Assembly (NCBI RefSeq): GCF_964355755.1
Contig: NC_092680.1
Location: forward strand, 17,369,045 to 17,433,044
Reading direction: 5' to 3'
DNA length: 64,000 nt
Origin: Antedon mediterranea
Taxonomy: Eukaryota > Animalia > Echinodermata
The notes beneath the pieces are model-generated. The model had not been told where the DNA came from, made no database searches, and was given only the letters and a program-made list of their open reading frames with translations. Below, piece by piece: positions 24,663 through 36,200 of this stretch. Position 1 is the first letter of the stretch; the number at the start of each line of letters is the position of its first letter. Both the position numbers and the translations under genes were made by a program.

Positions 24663-25569
24663 GTCTTCAAAGATACTTCTGTTTTTGGACATAATTCTAA
24701 AATATGGTCCCTCACAATCATATGATGACTTTGGACACCAACAAGAACTTAACTAGGCGCTCTAAAGAAGCAGTTTCCGTCTCCGCACATTCTGGCTGTT
24801 TTCGTGGGTTCTGCTGCCTTGTTAATTTCTTTTTGATTTGTATTCACTTGAACATTTTATACATCGATTCCAAACAAAGATGATTTTTCTGCTAGCCAAT
24901 GTGCATCTACTGGGTAAAAAGGGTTTGTTGAACAGCCTCGTAAGAACCACAGAGTATCACATCATCTAATTGTTGATCAAGATGCTTGTCCTGTCTAATG
25001 AGGGTCCTTTATATTTCTCAGCATGTGGATGTCCATTCACCGGGAGTAGTGGTAGTACTCGAAAATATCCATTACTTGCTGGAACTCCTTTCCACAGAAA
25101 TAATCAATACAGCCTTGCCCAGTATTCATAGGCCGTTTCCCCTACTTTTGGCCTTTTGTGTCAGAAAAGGATTTAATCACTGAAATTTTGCCCTAATATA
25201 GTAAATATCATTTCTAGGTTTTTAACTTAACGGCTTCGAAGACCAACCTTGACCGTGAACTGTTGCTGCAGATTTGTTAATTTGTTTGTAATCTGCAATG
25301 ATGTTAACTTCTCGACAGATCAACTATTTTCTTATTAATCTGGGAATTCTTTGGTTCCTCCCTCTTGTCTTCTCTCAATTGATTATTTACAAACAAAGAT
25401 CTTTTTTGGGGGACAGGGCCTCCTATACTACCAGTTATTTGTAATGTCCTTTGACATCTCCGTAGGAGAAACAACAACGATGTTTCTTGGTAAAGTTCCT
25501 GCATTGAGTATCAATAAGTATGTTTCAGATATTGCACAGCCAATTTATGTATGTGCATGTTCATACATA

Positions 25570-25825
25570 GTTCAAATACATATTCCAGTGCAGTGTAAGT
25601 TGCTTTTACAACACCGACACCTATTGGTTTTTTATTCACTTTTACATGCACAGCAAGTCATTAATACAACTGCTAATGGCAATACTGGAACCTGTTACAA
25701 TCCACCCATGACCATGTGGCAATGGAATGTCTGTCTTTTCGACTTTTTCAATGTCGATTTATATATGATTGGTAATTAGCTCGCAATATCTTCTTTCTTA
25801 AAGCATTTTGGCATGGTGCACAATG
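25570..25825 (-). pseudogene. Academ-like transposase C-terminal remnant (duplicate at ~27215-27470)
   Basis: (L)PPCQNALRKKILRANYQSYI..DIPLPHGHGW..CCACKSE.KTNRCRCCKSNLHCTGIC fits the LPP..AL..H..RAxYQ / P..HGW / Cys8 (CXC) tail of XPG-containing Academ-type proteins. Confidence 0.65.
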
Positions 25826-26118
25826 TACACAATGCCAGCATGCAAAAGAAAGTTTCCAGTTGCTGTGTCTTTAATTTTGGGTTGGCTGCACCACTCGCAT
25901 TTCTCTTTGAACATTTGTGTATTATAGTAACAGAGCTGTCTATATCCTGATCTGCACAAATATGACGTGCTTTGTTGGGTCTGAATAGGAAGTATCCATT
26001 ACTTGTTGAAACTCCTTTCCACAGAATTAATCATTGCAACTCCATCTGTGATCTCATGGTGTTCTCTCCTTGTGGATGTCCATTCACCAGAAGTAGTGGT
26101 AGTAATAGAAAGTATCCA

Positions 26119-26500
26119 TTACTTAATAAAGTGAATATCATTTCTGGTTATTAACTTAGCGGCTTCGGAGACCAATCTACCAAAGGACTTGGCTTTTCCG
26201 AGTATAAGAGAAAAAATCTCATCCCCATCTTCCTGAGGAGGTAGGTTTCTCTTTTTGAGGTATGATCTCACTTGAAATATCTCAAAAAACCTACCAATGA
26301 TCTGATCTTCTGTTGATGTCTTCAAAGATACTTCTGTTTTTGGACATAATTCTAAAATATGGTCCCTCCCAATCATATGATGACTTTGGACACCAACAAG
26401 AACTTAACTAGGCGCTCTAAAGAAGCAGTTTCCGTCTCCGCACATTCTGGCTGTTTTCGTGGGTTCTGCTGCCTTGTTCATTTCTTTTTGATTTGTATTC
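26119..26500 (-). pseudogene. OTU-family cysteine protease remnant (shorter duplicate at ~24662-24850)
   Basis: MCGDGNCFFRAPS*VLVGVQSHHMI.RDHI contains the OTU catalytic GDGNCxFRA loop with an in-frame stop. Confidence 0.75.
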
Positions 26501-27734
26501 ACTTGAACATTTTATACATCGATTCCAAACAAAGATGATTTTTCTGCTTGCCAATGTGCATCTACTGGGTAAAAAGGGTTTGTTGAACTAGCCTCGTAAG
26601 AACCACAGAGTATCACATCATCTAATTGTTGATCAAGATGCTTGTCCTGTCTAATGAGGGTCCTTCTTTATATTTCTCAGCATGTGGATGTCCATTCACC
26701 GGGAGTAGTGGTAGTACTCAAAAATATCCATTACTTGCTGGGACTCTTTTCCACAGAAATAGTCAATACTACAACCTTGCCCAGTATTCATAGGCCGTTT
26801 TCCCCTACTTTTGGCCTTTTGTGTCAGAAAAGGATTTAATCACTGAAATTTTGCCCTAATATAGTAAATATCATTTCTAGGTTTTTAACTTAACGGCTTC
26901 GAATACCAACCTTGACCGTGAACCGTCGCTGCAGATTTGTTAATTTGTTTGTAATCTGCAATGATGTTAACTTCTCGACAGATCAACTATTTTCTTATTA
27001 ATCTGGGAATTCTTTTGTTCCTCCCTCTTGTCTTCTCTCAATTGATTATTTACAAACAAAGATCTTTTTTGGGGGACAGGGTCTCCTATACTACCAGTTA
27101 TTTGTAATGTCCTTCGACATCTCCGTAGGAGAAACAACAACGAGGTTTCTTGGTAATGCTCCTGCATTGAGTATCAATAAGTATGTTTCAGATATTGCAC
27201 AGCCAATTTATGCGCATGTTCATACATATTCCAGTGCAGTGTAAGTTGCTTTTACAACACCGACACCTATTGGTTTTATATTCACTTTTACATGCACAGC
27301 AAGTCATTAATACAACTGCTAATGGCAATACTGGAACCTGTTACAATCCACCCATGACCATGTGGCAATGGAATGTCTGTCTTTTCGACTTTTTCAATGT
27401 CGATTTATATATAATTGGTAATTAGCTCGCAATATCTTCTTTCTTAAAGCATTTTTGCATGGTGCACAATGTACACAATGCCAGCATGCAAAAGAAAGTT
27501 TCCAGTTGCTGTGTCTTTAATTTTGGGTTGGCTGCACCACTCGCATTTCTCTTTGAACATTTGTGTATTATAGTAACACTTGTTCATGTGATATACTTTT
27601 CTTTGTTCCATACTGTCTGTCTGATCTATGTTGTGTTGATTATACAATAATGAAACAAATACTATACACTAAAATCCATAGTTTTTTTCTTTACCTGCAT
27701 GTGCTGGTATAGTACTCCTTGGCAAATTTAATAT

Positions 27735-28120
27735 TGTTGCCTAATCTCGACATACATTACAATATCAGGTGTTTTCTCTGTATAATCCAGTACAAGATTC
27801 ATGGAACCACAAATTACAATCCACCAGTAAGCATCTTCCTCAGTATCATCCCAATTAACCGTTACAGTGGCCACAGTAGTCTGATGGATCATTGTCGTTA
27901 TCCTCAGTAGTCTGTTGTATTGTGGGTTTTGCCACCATTTTGTTCTTTCCCATGGCATCTTGTCTTTTCAATCGTTTATCTTTTCTTGTTTTTTTTTTTC
28001 TTTTTCTGAGCTTTTCTGCTTCAACAGCATCTTTTGCTTTAACCTTTTCTACAATTTCGTCAGACGTGAGATAATGTGCAATTGTAGTCTTCTTGGATTT
28101 GTTTGAAGTGGTGGTAGTTG
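27735..28120 (-). pseudogene. C-terminus of a pogo-like transposase: AHYLTSDE helix plus PHD finger remnant
   Basis: AHYLTSDEIVEKVKAKDAVEAEKLRKRKKKQEK followed by YCGHCNG...DCNLWFHESCTGL....YCNVC. Confidence 0.6.
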
Positions 28121-28369
28121 TTTTCTCTACTCACTTAATTGACCCCTTCTATGTTTGTTTTGTAGCATGAATACTTTGTGCAAACTATATTAAACGTTAA
28201 CCTGAAGCTTGACAGGTAATATTTTGGTTTATACAGAAATGCAACCAAAGTAGAAGGATCTTGTACAATGGCTATTCCGTTAATATCGCCAAACTGATTT
28301 CTTTGGGGAATACTGTAAATATGCAGCTTCAAATTAAAGTCATTACAAATTGTTTATCTAAACTGATGG

Positions 28370-28902
28370 ATACAGTATAGGTTTCAGACTTGAATTTGCT
28401 GCGAATAGATGTTAAAACACAGCAAGGCAGCACATATCTGTTGTGTTTTCCAAGGAAACCATGGACCCACTTTATGAAAGCATTGTAACTTACATATATT
28501 ATTTTAAAGAAAAGTTTTTGAATTATTTGCATGTTTTAAATCAATTGAAAATAAATGTTAAGCTCATTGTCTGTAACAGTACAAGTCTTCCCTTTTTGTT
28601 TTGAACATGCAAGTTTGTGAGGACCATACATTAAGACATAATGGCTCAAAACAAGGATGATCTGATATGCATGTTAATAATGTCGTACAAATTGACCAGT
28701 TCAATGGAACATGTAACAAGGTCTGTAGTCTTGGAATGTTGTCCCCGTCACCAAATAGCGAATATTTTTTCAGGATCCTTTATCACTTTATCTCTTATAA
28801 TGATTTTCTTTCGTGCTCTCCCACTTAGACTGTCAACAATCTGTGTCCTTTGTTAGTACTTGTTGAATTGCTGGGATTTCATGGCAACAAACGCATTCGA
28901 CT
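28370..28902 (-). pseudogene. P2X7 C-terminal-like Cys-rich domain (Kolobok-associated ORF type), split by an inserted Gypsy gag fragment at ~28700-28850
   Basis: VECVCCHEIPAI ... CISDHPCFEPLCLNVW ... YVSYNAFIKWVHGFLGKHNRYVLPCCVLTSIRSKFKSETYT. The insert reads QIVDSLSGRARKKIII...DPEKIF../FGDGDNIPRLQ. Confidence 0.65.
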
Positions 28903-28924
28903 CAAGCCCCAGTAAAGTTAAGTT

Positions 28925-29050
28925 TTCATGGGTATCAACAGTAAAGCAAAATATTGTTACCTTCAATTGTATCTTTGCTCGTTCTTGGGGATATTGTCTC
29001 CACAAATGGCAAGGATTCTGCAGAAGAGCCAAATGTTGTTGTCGCACATT
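28925..29050 (-). pseudogene. DIRS/Ngaro-type gag fragment
   Basis: AESLPFVETISPRTSKDTIEGNNILL resembles the 'SLPxVExVSPxLRxxIIxGKxVNL' motif I recall from invertebrate DIRS ORF1. Confidence 0.5.
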
Positions 29051-30164
29051 TATTTGGTGTATTTGATGTGGTACAATGATGATAATACAGAACTTAGCTG
29101 CATTGCTAATAAAACTCTAATATGAGGTCTTATTAAATCTAAAAAATGTTTTTTTTTCCTCAATCTATTGATATCAATAGTAAGGAAGGGGGTGCCATTT
29201 TCATTGGATAAACAATACAACGAATAGCATAATGAGAAAAACTGGTTTAAAAAAGTACTAGTGAAAGTATTATTTTTACACCAAATTTAAGTTTATTATT
29301 GTGTTTAGGGACAGGAATAGCATCGCTATTTTCAAGTTACAATTAAGACATTTGATTTACAGTATATCTTTTTCAAATTACAACTACTGTATATTTTTTT
29401 AATTTAATAACTTTTCTTGTACGAAGAGAAAACAATTAAATTGTAAAAAATTGCATTTATTTTCAGACTTAATTTTGTACATTATAAACAATATATTATG
29501 AACAGTACACTATATACATTATTTTGAATAATAAAACAATCTTTTATATACATGATGGTATTTTCTATGTTAAAAATATGTGTTAAATGTATTAGTTAGT
29601 TCTTTAGTTAGTTAGTGTATGCTTTACATCTCATCTGAAGGATGAGGCAATGTTAAAGGAATATGGCACAGACAGGTCTGCAATGCTCTCTGTCTATAAC
29701 TACAAAAACAAGGGTCCACAAAACTGTGGTTGTACTATATATTAACTTCCTTGGGTTTTTGTTACTATCCGTGACCTGAATGCAAAAGCACTTGAATAAT
29801 GATTTCTACAATATCCAAATGTTGATAAATGGCAAATTACATGCTCACCCACCCATCCTATGACAGACTTCCTAAAAGTACATTTAATAAGGGTTCAACA
29901 CACACAACTTATCGGCCTATCTCGGTTATATTCTTTCAACTAATAACATCCGATAGCTGTCCATATATATCCAACAGCAGCAACCCTAATACCATTAAAA
30001 TGAGAACCATTTGCTGGGCCTGTGCATCCAACAGCAATGCTCATCACTACTTCACCTCTATTGGGTGGCCTTAGTAAGAGCTGATAGCTTGGCATATGTA
30101 TCCAATAACACTTTAATCCCAATGTATACCACTTGCCCCCATCTTTTGCTTTCCCCAAGTATCC

Positions 30165-33067
30165 CTAGATGTAATGCGAACCATCCGCTGGGCCTGTGTA
30201 TCCAACAGCAATAAGAATCACATCAACCAATGTCCACACTCCAATACCACCAAACGTAAACAATTTGCCCAGCCCTTGCTGCCAATGACCCAAGTAAAAG
30301 CGATCGGCTCCAAATCCACCGACTGTTATGCTAAAACACAAATGTAAAATTAAAGTGTTTTATAATAAAATGTGTGTGTTTATCTCTTTGGAGGCATCCA
30401 CAGAATGGGTAATGTCTACTACCCTAACCCCCTAAATGAGGATTAAATAAATTACCAAACGGTAAACCAACTGCAAATGAAAGAATGACTTGCAGGACCA
30501 GAAAGGATGGTCCTTGGTAACTGGCAAGAAATCATGAGACGTATGGTAAGGCAGAGTGAATTCCCACCCATGTAGGCCTATAAGCTCTGTTTACACTATC
30601 AAACGTTATGTGACAACAAAATGTGATGTGCCCATATATGGACATGATGATGTCATATTACTATACCATATTTGGGCACATCACATTTTTTTGTTGTCAA
30701 ACTAGTTTGATTGATAGTGTAGACAGAGCTTTAGGACAATCAAACATTCAAGACATATACCGTATTTCTTACCTTAAAATTAATGCCAAAGACCACTTTT
30801 TACCTCTAGTCCAATTACAGGGTACTCGCTTGTGAAACTGACGATGACCTACAATATAAAAATACAAATTTACTAATTTATAATAGTAAAAATAACAATT
30901 TGTTAATCTGCTCATTGTGAGGCAACCTAAAGGCTGCTTTCCACTAGGTCAAATTTATGCACATGAACCCAACGTCGCTGGCATAGAACAAAATCTGGCT
31001 ACCTTTTATTATTTTCAACTACAAGCGATTGTATGTGATTGTATGCTTGATGTGTTTTCTTCTCTTTTTGCCTATTTTAAGTGTTTTATATTTGGTGTCT
31101 CGTTTGCCCTGCATATGCTTGTTCCTCCAAGCTGTGATCTGGGATGCTTGTTACATTCTTATGTTTTTTTATTTAATTTGAAATAAAGGATGATTTTATA
31201 TATTTAGGCATATTTTTGGCAATATATTAGGTATTAAATTGACGGCACACATTCAGTTTGACATGCATATTTTACCTAGACAAATGACATCATCATTAAC
31301 GGTGCAATTCACTATAACATACTCTAGTGGACTTGAAGCTACTCTACATGGTTCAATATCATTTTTTGCTGGTGTACACTCGTGAAGCCAGTTGGGAGTC
31401 TGATAGCAATACCGACAAACTGTTTCTTTTGTGAAATCTCTTGATCCCTATAAATAGAAATTGTTTTTGATTAAAACAGATACACTTGTATTTGTTAGAT
31501 GTGGCAAGAATATATTTGGCATTACTGTTTTTGTTTGTGGAAATAGATTTATGGTTTTTATCGGGCTCTGTGCCTAATTTAGGCCAGCGTCATACTGTAC
31601 ATTTCATCCATTTTTGTTTTTTAAAGAAATAAATACTGAAATTGACATAAAAAAAGTTATATAGATAATTACATTTCCATTTTGTTAAAATATTTTCAAA
31701 CACATGCCATAATTAATATGCTGTAAATTGGATGAGGCTATTGGCAGGGTTAACTGTGTATGGTAATTGAAAGTTTTCTATAGGCACAGTCAACTTTGTA
31801 TGAAATTATCTGGGCAGATATAATAGCCAATAAAAAAAAATTGTATGAAAAATAATCTGTTTCTCACTAGCTTTGCGTCTGGCAAATAATGGCAAGTGAT
31901 TTTTTGGATTGATAATACTTTCAGTAGAAAACTGATTCGATTCAATTAAACTTTATTTCAGACAAACTGTCCATATGAAACATATACACAATAAAAACAA
32001 AGAAATACAAAGCATTATGTGACATGCGTCATGGAGAGAGGACTAAGAATTATCTGTTGACATATCGAGAACTCTTTTACTTTAAAATACATTTGGAATC
32101 AATAATAAATATTCATCATTACACTGAATAGATATAAAATTGTTGATTACCTCACAAATAACACCATCTAATACACTACAATTAACATTATATGTTCTTC
32201 CATAAACACAGCTTCTGTTCAATTTACATTGAACACAGTCAACATTTACGTCCTTACAATTCACATTTGCATTCTTCTGGCAGGTCAGTGGAGCTGCGTT
32301 AGTATTAGTAGATGTGGCTGTGGTTGTGTTGGAATTTTGTAATGTGCTGTTGTCGAGAGGAGTTGTTGTGTTCATAGTTGGTCTACTAGACATTGGTGTA
32401 GTATCAACAACAGATGCAGATGATGTCACTAAAAAGAACAAGTTATCAATCAAAATCATTAACAAATAATTTAATAATATCAACATTTGATATAGATCGG
32501 AAGAACTAACTGTATAATAGTAATATACCAAACAGCACCTGATGCATAGGCTAGTTAACCACCAATCAAATGGCAAGGATACACTCAGGGGTGTTATAAA
32601 AGATAACTAATTTACATATACACAGTCACATTCCTATCTATATAGGCCTACTTACTGTGTATATAGAAATTTAAAAAATTTAGTTAAATTAATTTAAATA
32701 GGCCTAGGCCTAGAATAAATTAAAGAGTGGTCAATTTTGGACCTAACTTTAATAAGTATAGTTTAATCTCTAGGCCCAGCCTAGCTAGCCCTAGTTGCCT
32801 TGCCTTCTAGAGCCGGTCGGGCATGGCCAACCAAGCACCAGCTGAGTGAGCAGGGGGAGGGCAGGTCAAGCAAGAAGAAGAAAATAAAACAGACATGCTA
32901 AATTCCTGGAGAAAATTATTTTATATCTCTAAAATATGAATCCTAAAAACTATAAATGTTTTAATCGCATAGCTACCGTCTTGCAATGTGCATCTTAGAT
33001 TAACTAAACAAATGAAAGTTAGGAACATAAAATGCATTTCTATTTTCTTTTTCCGTAACATTTCCAT
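30165..33067 (-). CDS. TM2D3: TM2 domain-containing protein 3 (almondex homolog), 5 exons, ~260 aa
   Basis: Exons 33067-32977, 32428-32151, 31447-31276, 30848-30773, 30330-30165 (783 nt, GT-AG). Signal peptide, Ser/Thr-rich stalk, CRYCYQ, CNWTRGKKWSLALILSITVGGFGADRFYLGHW..GLGKLFTFGGIGVWTLVD..AVGYTGPADGSHYI*. Confidence 0.95.
30583..30730. mobile_element. Harbinger/Tourist-like MITE family B
   Basis: TIR AGCTCTGT(C/T)TACACTATCAAAC. Further copies at ~35690-35811, 36427-36543, 37010-37147, 40249-40428, 40678-40781, 44357-44492, 59373-59521 and 62380-62524. Confidence 0.85.
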
Positions 33068-33254
33068 TTTGACTGTCTAAATAGACGACTACGTTGTAAT
33101 AACTACAATTCAGATTTATACAATATTACTACTCTATATCCACTTCTATAGTTTGAATATCCTTTATTATGACATGTAGAGCGCCACCAATAGTTCTATG
33201 AAGTGATCCACTTTTTCAATTTTCATTTTCTTGCATCATTTTCACACATGCAAA
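33068..33254. promoter_or_regulatory. Putative bidirectional promoter TM2D3/EIF2B5
   Basis: Divergent ATGs 187 bp apart. Contains ACTACAATTC (ZNF143/THAP11-like) at ~33102 and CTCF-like AGCGCCACCAATAG at ~33180. Confidence 0.65.
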
Positions 33255-36200
33255 ATGTCAGCTAAAAAAAAGGGATCAAAACCCGCAGATCCTCTCCTAA
33301 AGCAAGAGGATGTATTGCAAGCAGTGGTTATTGCTGATAGTTTCAACGTTCGTTTTGCACCGATCACAAAAGAAATTCCACGAGTATGTATAAACCTACA
33401 GAAACCAGATGTTGGTTTAGCCTCCCTCTCGCTCAACGCATGGGCCACTGTTCTGCTCATTTTACCCGTGCAGCTTGAAAAATATGGCTACCGAATGTAA
33501 ATACAGGAACTGATCATTAGGCCTAAATACTCACATAATAGACTAGAGCTTGTTCTATGCTCTGTATCTTGGTTACTATGAATAAATGCCTAATGATACT
33601 TTCAGTTCCTCTAGCCATCACCCTTTCCCGAATCTGGCAATGTCTAGTAATACAGTCAACTCTCCCAATACCGGACACCCTTCCTTGGGCGGGCATATAT
33701 TTTCCGGTTTTTCAAAAGTCCGGTTTCCTGAAAACATATTTTTAAAGTCATCACGTTGTCACTGAAAATGCTTTGAATTGCCGCCTCGTGGGTTAACAAT
33801 GAACTGACCTGTCAATCACAGTGTAGCGCTCCATGGCAACATTATTTGATCGTACCGGGAAACGTCACGCACTTCATGGTCAGGGTATGGTTAAAAGCTT
33901 TTGTATATTGTGAATGTATTGAATCCGAGTCAGCGACGACGATGTTACGTTGTTTTTTTAACTGTCAGTCCGGTTTTCAGACGCTAATTTTCGTGTTTTG
34001 TACTTCATAATTTGTCCGGATTCCGGAATTGGGTATTCCGGTTTTCATAATAAATTACAGTACATTTAGAATAGGGACAAATTGGGCCCTCCAAAAAAGT
34101 CCGGTTTTTCGTGAATTCCGGTTTTGGGAGAGTCCGGTATTGGGAGAGTTGACTGTATTAAAGATGTATTGTCCCTTGAACAATGAAGATTAATTAAATC
34201 AGACTTTGAATGTTATTTTGTAGTTTTAATAAAGTTAATCACTTCCGTAGAAAAAAAAAACAAAAACAATAATGTTTTCACTTAAAAAATAACATAGTAA
34301 ATGGTTAAATTCAACGAAAAATCCATTGGCTGGCAGCCAATTTGACCATTTAAATTTCAGTTTTTTCTTTTTTTTATCCAATTTAGGGTCGAAGTTAATA
34401 ACTATTATGTGACATTAAAATGGCATATTCAACAACAAAAGTTGTAAAAATTATTTTTCAGGGGGACAATACATCTTTAATATGATAAATATAAGTTAAG
34501 CCTCATTTTAAAATGTCTTTGGTGATCATGCATTGCTTGGGCCTCCTCAGTGAGCTAATAGGCCTACTGCTACCAATATGTTTGTTATTCTTATTAGGTA
34601 CTGATGCCAATAGTTAACAACCCATTACTGGACTACACACTTGAATTCTTAGCAGCTTCTGGTGTTGAAGAGATATTTGTGTTCTGTTGTGCTCATGCTG
34701 ACAAAATTAAGAAACATTTAAGGTATGTTTTTTTCTATCTGTATCATTGAATGGATCCAGGGGTCATAAGCTCCCCATTTGACAGTGACAAAAATGACAT
34801 TATGAACTACTGTTTGATCTAATAATATTATTATGTATATAGTGCTCCACTTAAAAAATCCAGGATCCACCCCTTTATATAAACATCTTTTTATTATTAA
34901 AAGAGAGCTTTAAATTATTATGGGAATAATGTTTAATGCCTGTCTGATTATGCACATACAGATTTCACAAATTCTCTCCCTAATAATCTCTATTAAACAA
35001 TGCACATCCTTCGTTTTCTTACATTTTTTAGTGAATCAAAATGGAACAAAAGATCTTCACCATGCTCGGTAACTACCATTATGTCAGAGGGATGTCATTC
35101 TCTTGGAGATGCGATGAGGGAGATTGATAGGAAGGCCTTGATTCGTTCCGACTTTATCCTTGTCAACGGTGATGTTGTGTCAAGTGTACAACTCAAAGAT
35201 GCCTTAAATGTGCACAGGTAATGAAATATACTGTATTTTAGTAAAGAGCATAGGTTGACTTTACAAATATTGATTACATTACATTAATTATTATAAATAC
35301 AGGGGTGGGGCCCAGCCGGCTCTAAATTTCGCAAATTTTAATGCAATAGATAGGACATCAAATTAAGCTTCAGCCCTTCATTTCTCCATTTTTAGGCCCT
35401 GGAGCCCCTTCCCCCCAACTCAAAATCTTAGATCTGCCACTGAGATACCTTATTATATCTCTTATACAAGAGTACATTTATTGACTTGAGTTGTGTCAGT
35501 GAGTATCAGTGCATATATGGTATCTATATATAAATAATGCTTAATTCTGAAATTAGACACAATGTAAAGTGCTTGTGACGGTACTACATCTGATACTCAT
35601 CCTAGCTGTCCCAGATGTACCGCAAAATATAACTAAAGGTGCTTTTAGAACATGTAAAAAATTATGAGGTTAGGAAGTATTCTTCTAAAAAAATGTGATG
35701 TGCCTATATGGACATGATGATGTCATATCACTACCACATTTGGACATATCACTACCATATTTGGGCACATCACACTTTTTGTCAAACTAGTTTGATAGTA
35801 TAGACCGTGCTTAATGAAATATAGTTTGGGTATTACTGATAAATTACCTTTGTTATTTTTCATTTCTAGAGAGAGATTTAAGACTGATAAATCATGTGTA
35901 ATGACGAAAGTTCTTAGACATGCTTATCCAGGCCACAGAGGGCGCTGTTTAGAAGATGAGTTCTTTATTGCGACGGATAACAAGCATACTATTCTTAACT
36001 ATCAAAAGATGAAGGACACTCGTAAGGTTAAAATACCAATGGTATGTATTATAAGATGGTAATGAATGGATTAGTGTACGATTGATAAATATATTTAAAG
36101 ATTTAATGAGACATTTTTTTTCTTTTAAATTACAATATTGTAGGAAAACAATGGAAAGAATAATAAGTTGGTCTTTTTGTAGTTTTTGTGCTTTTTATAT

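Larger units (their letters stand above)
24265..27578. repeat. Tandem duplication of ~1.65 kb (24265-25931 and 25932-27578)
   Basis: Near-identical long stretches, e.g. 24662 vs 26317 and 25921 vs 27567; the ORF track shows the same paired ORFs. Confidence 0.92.
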
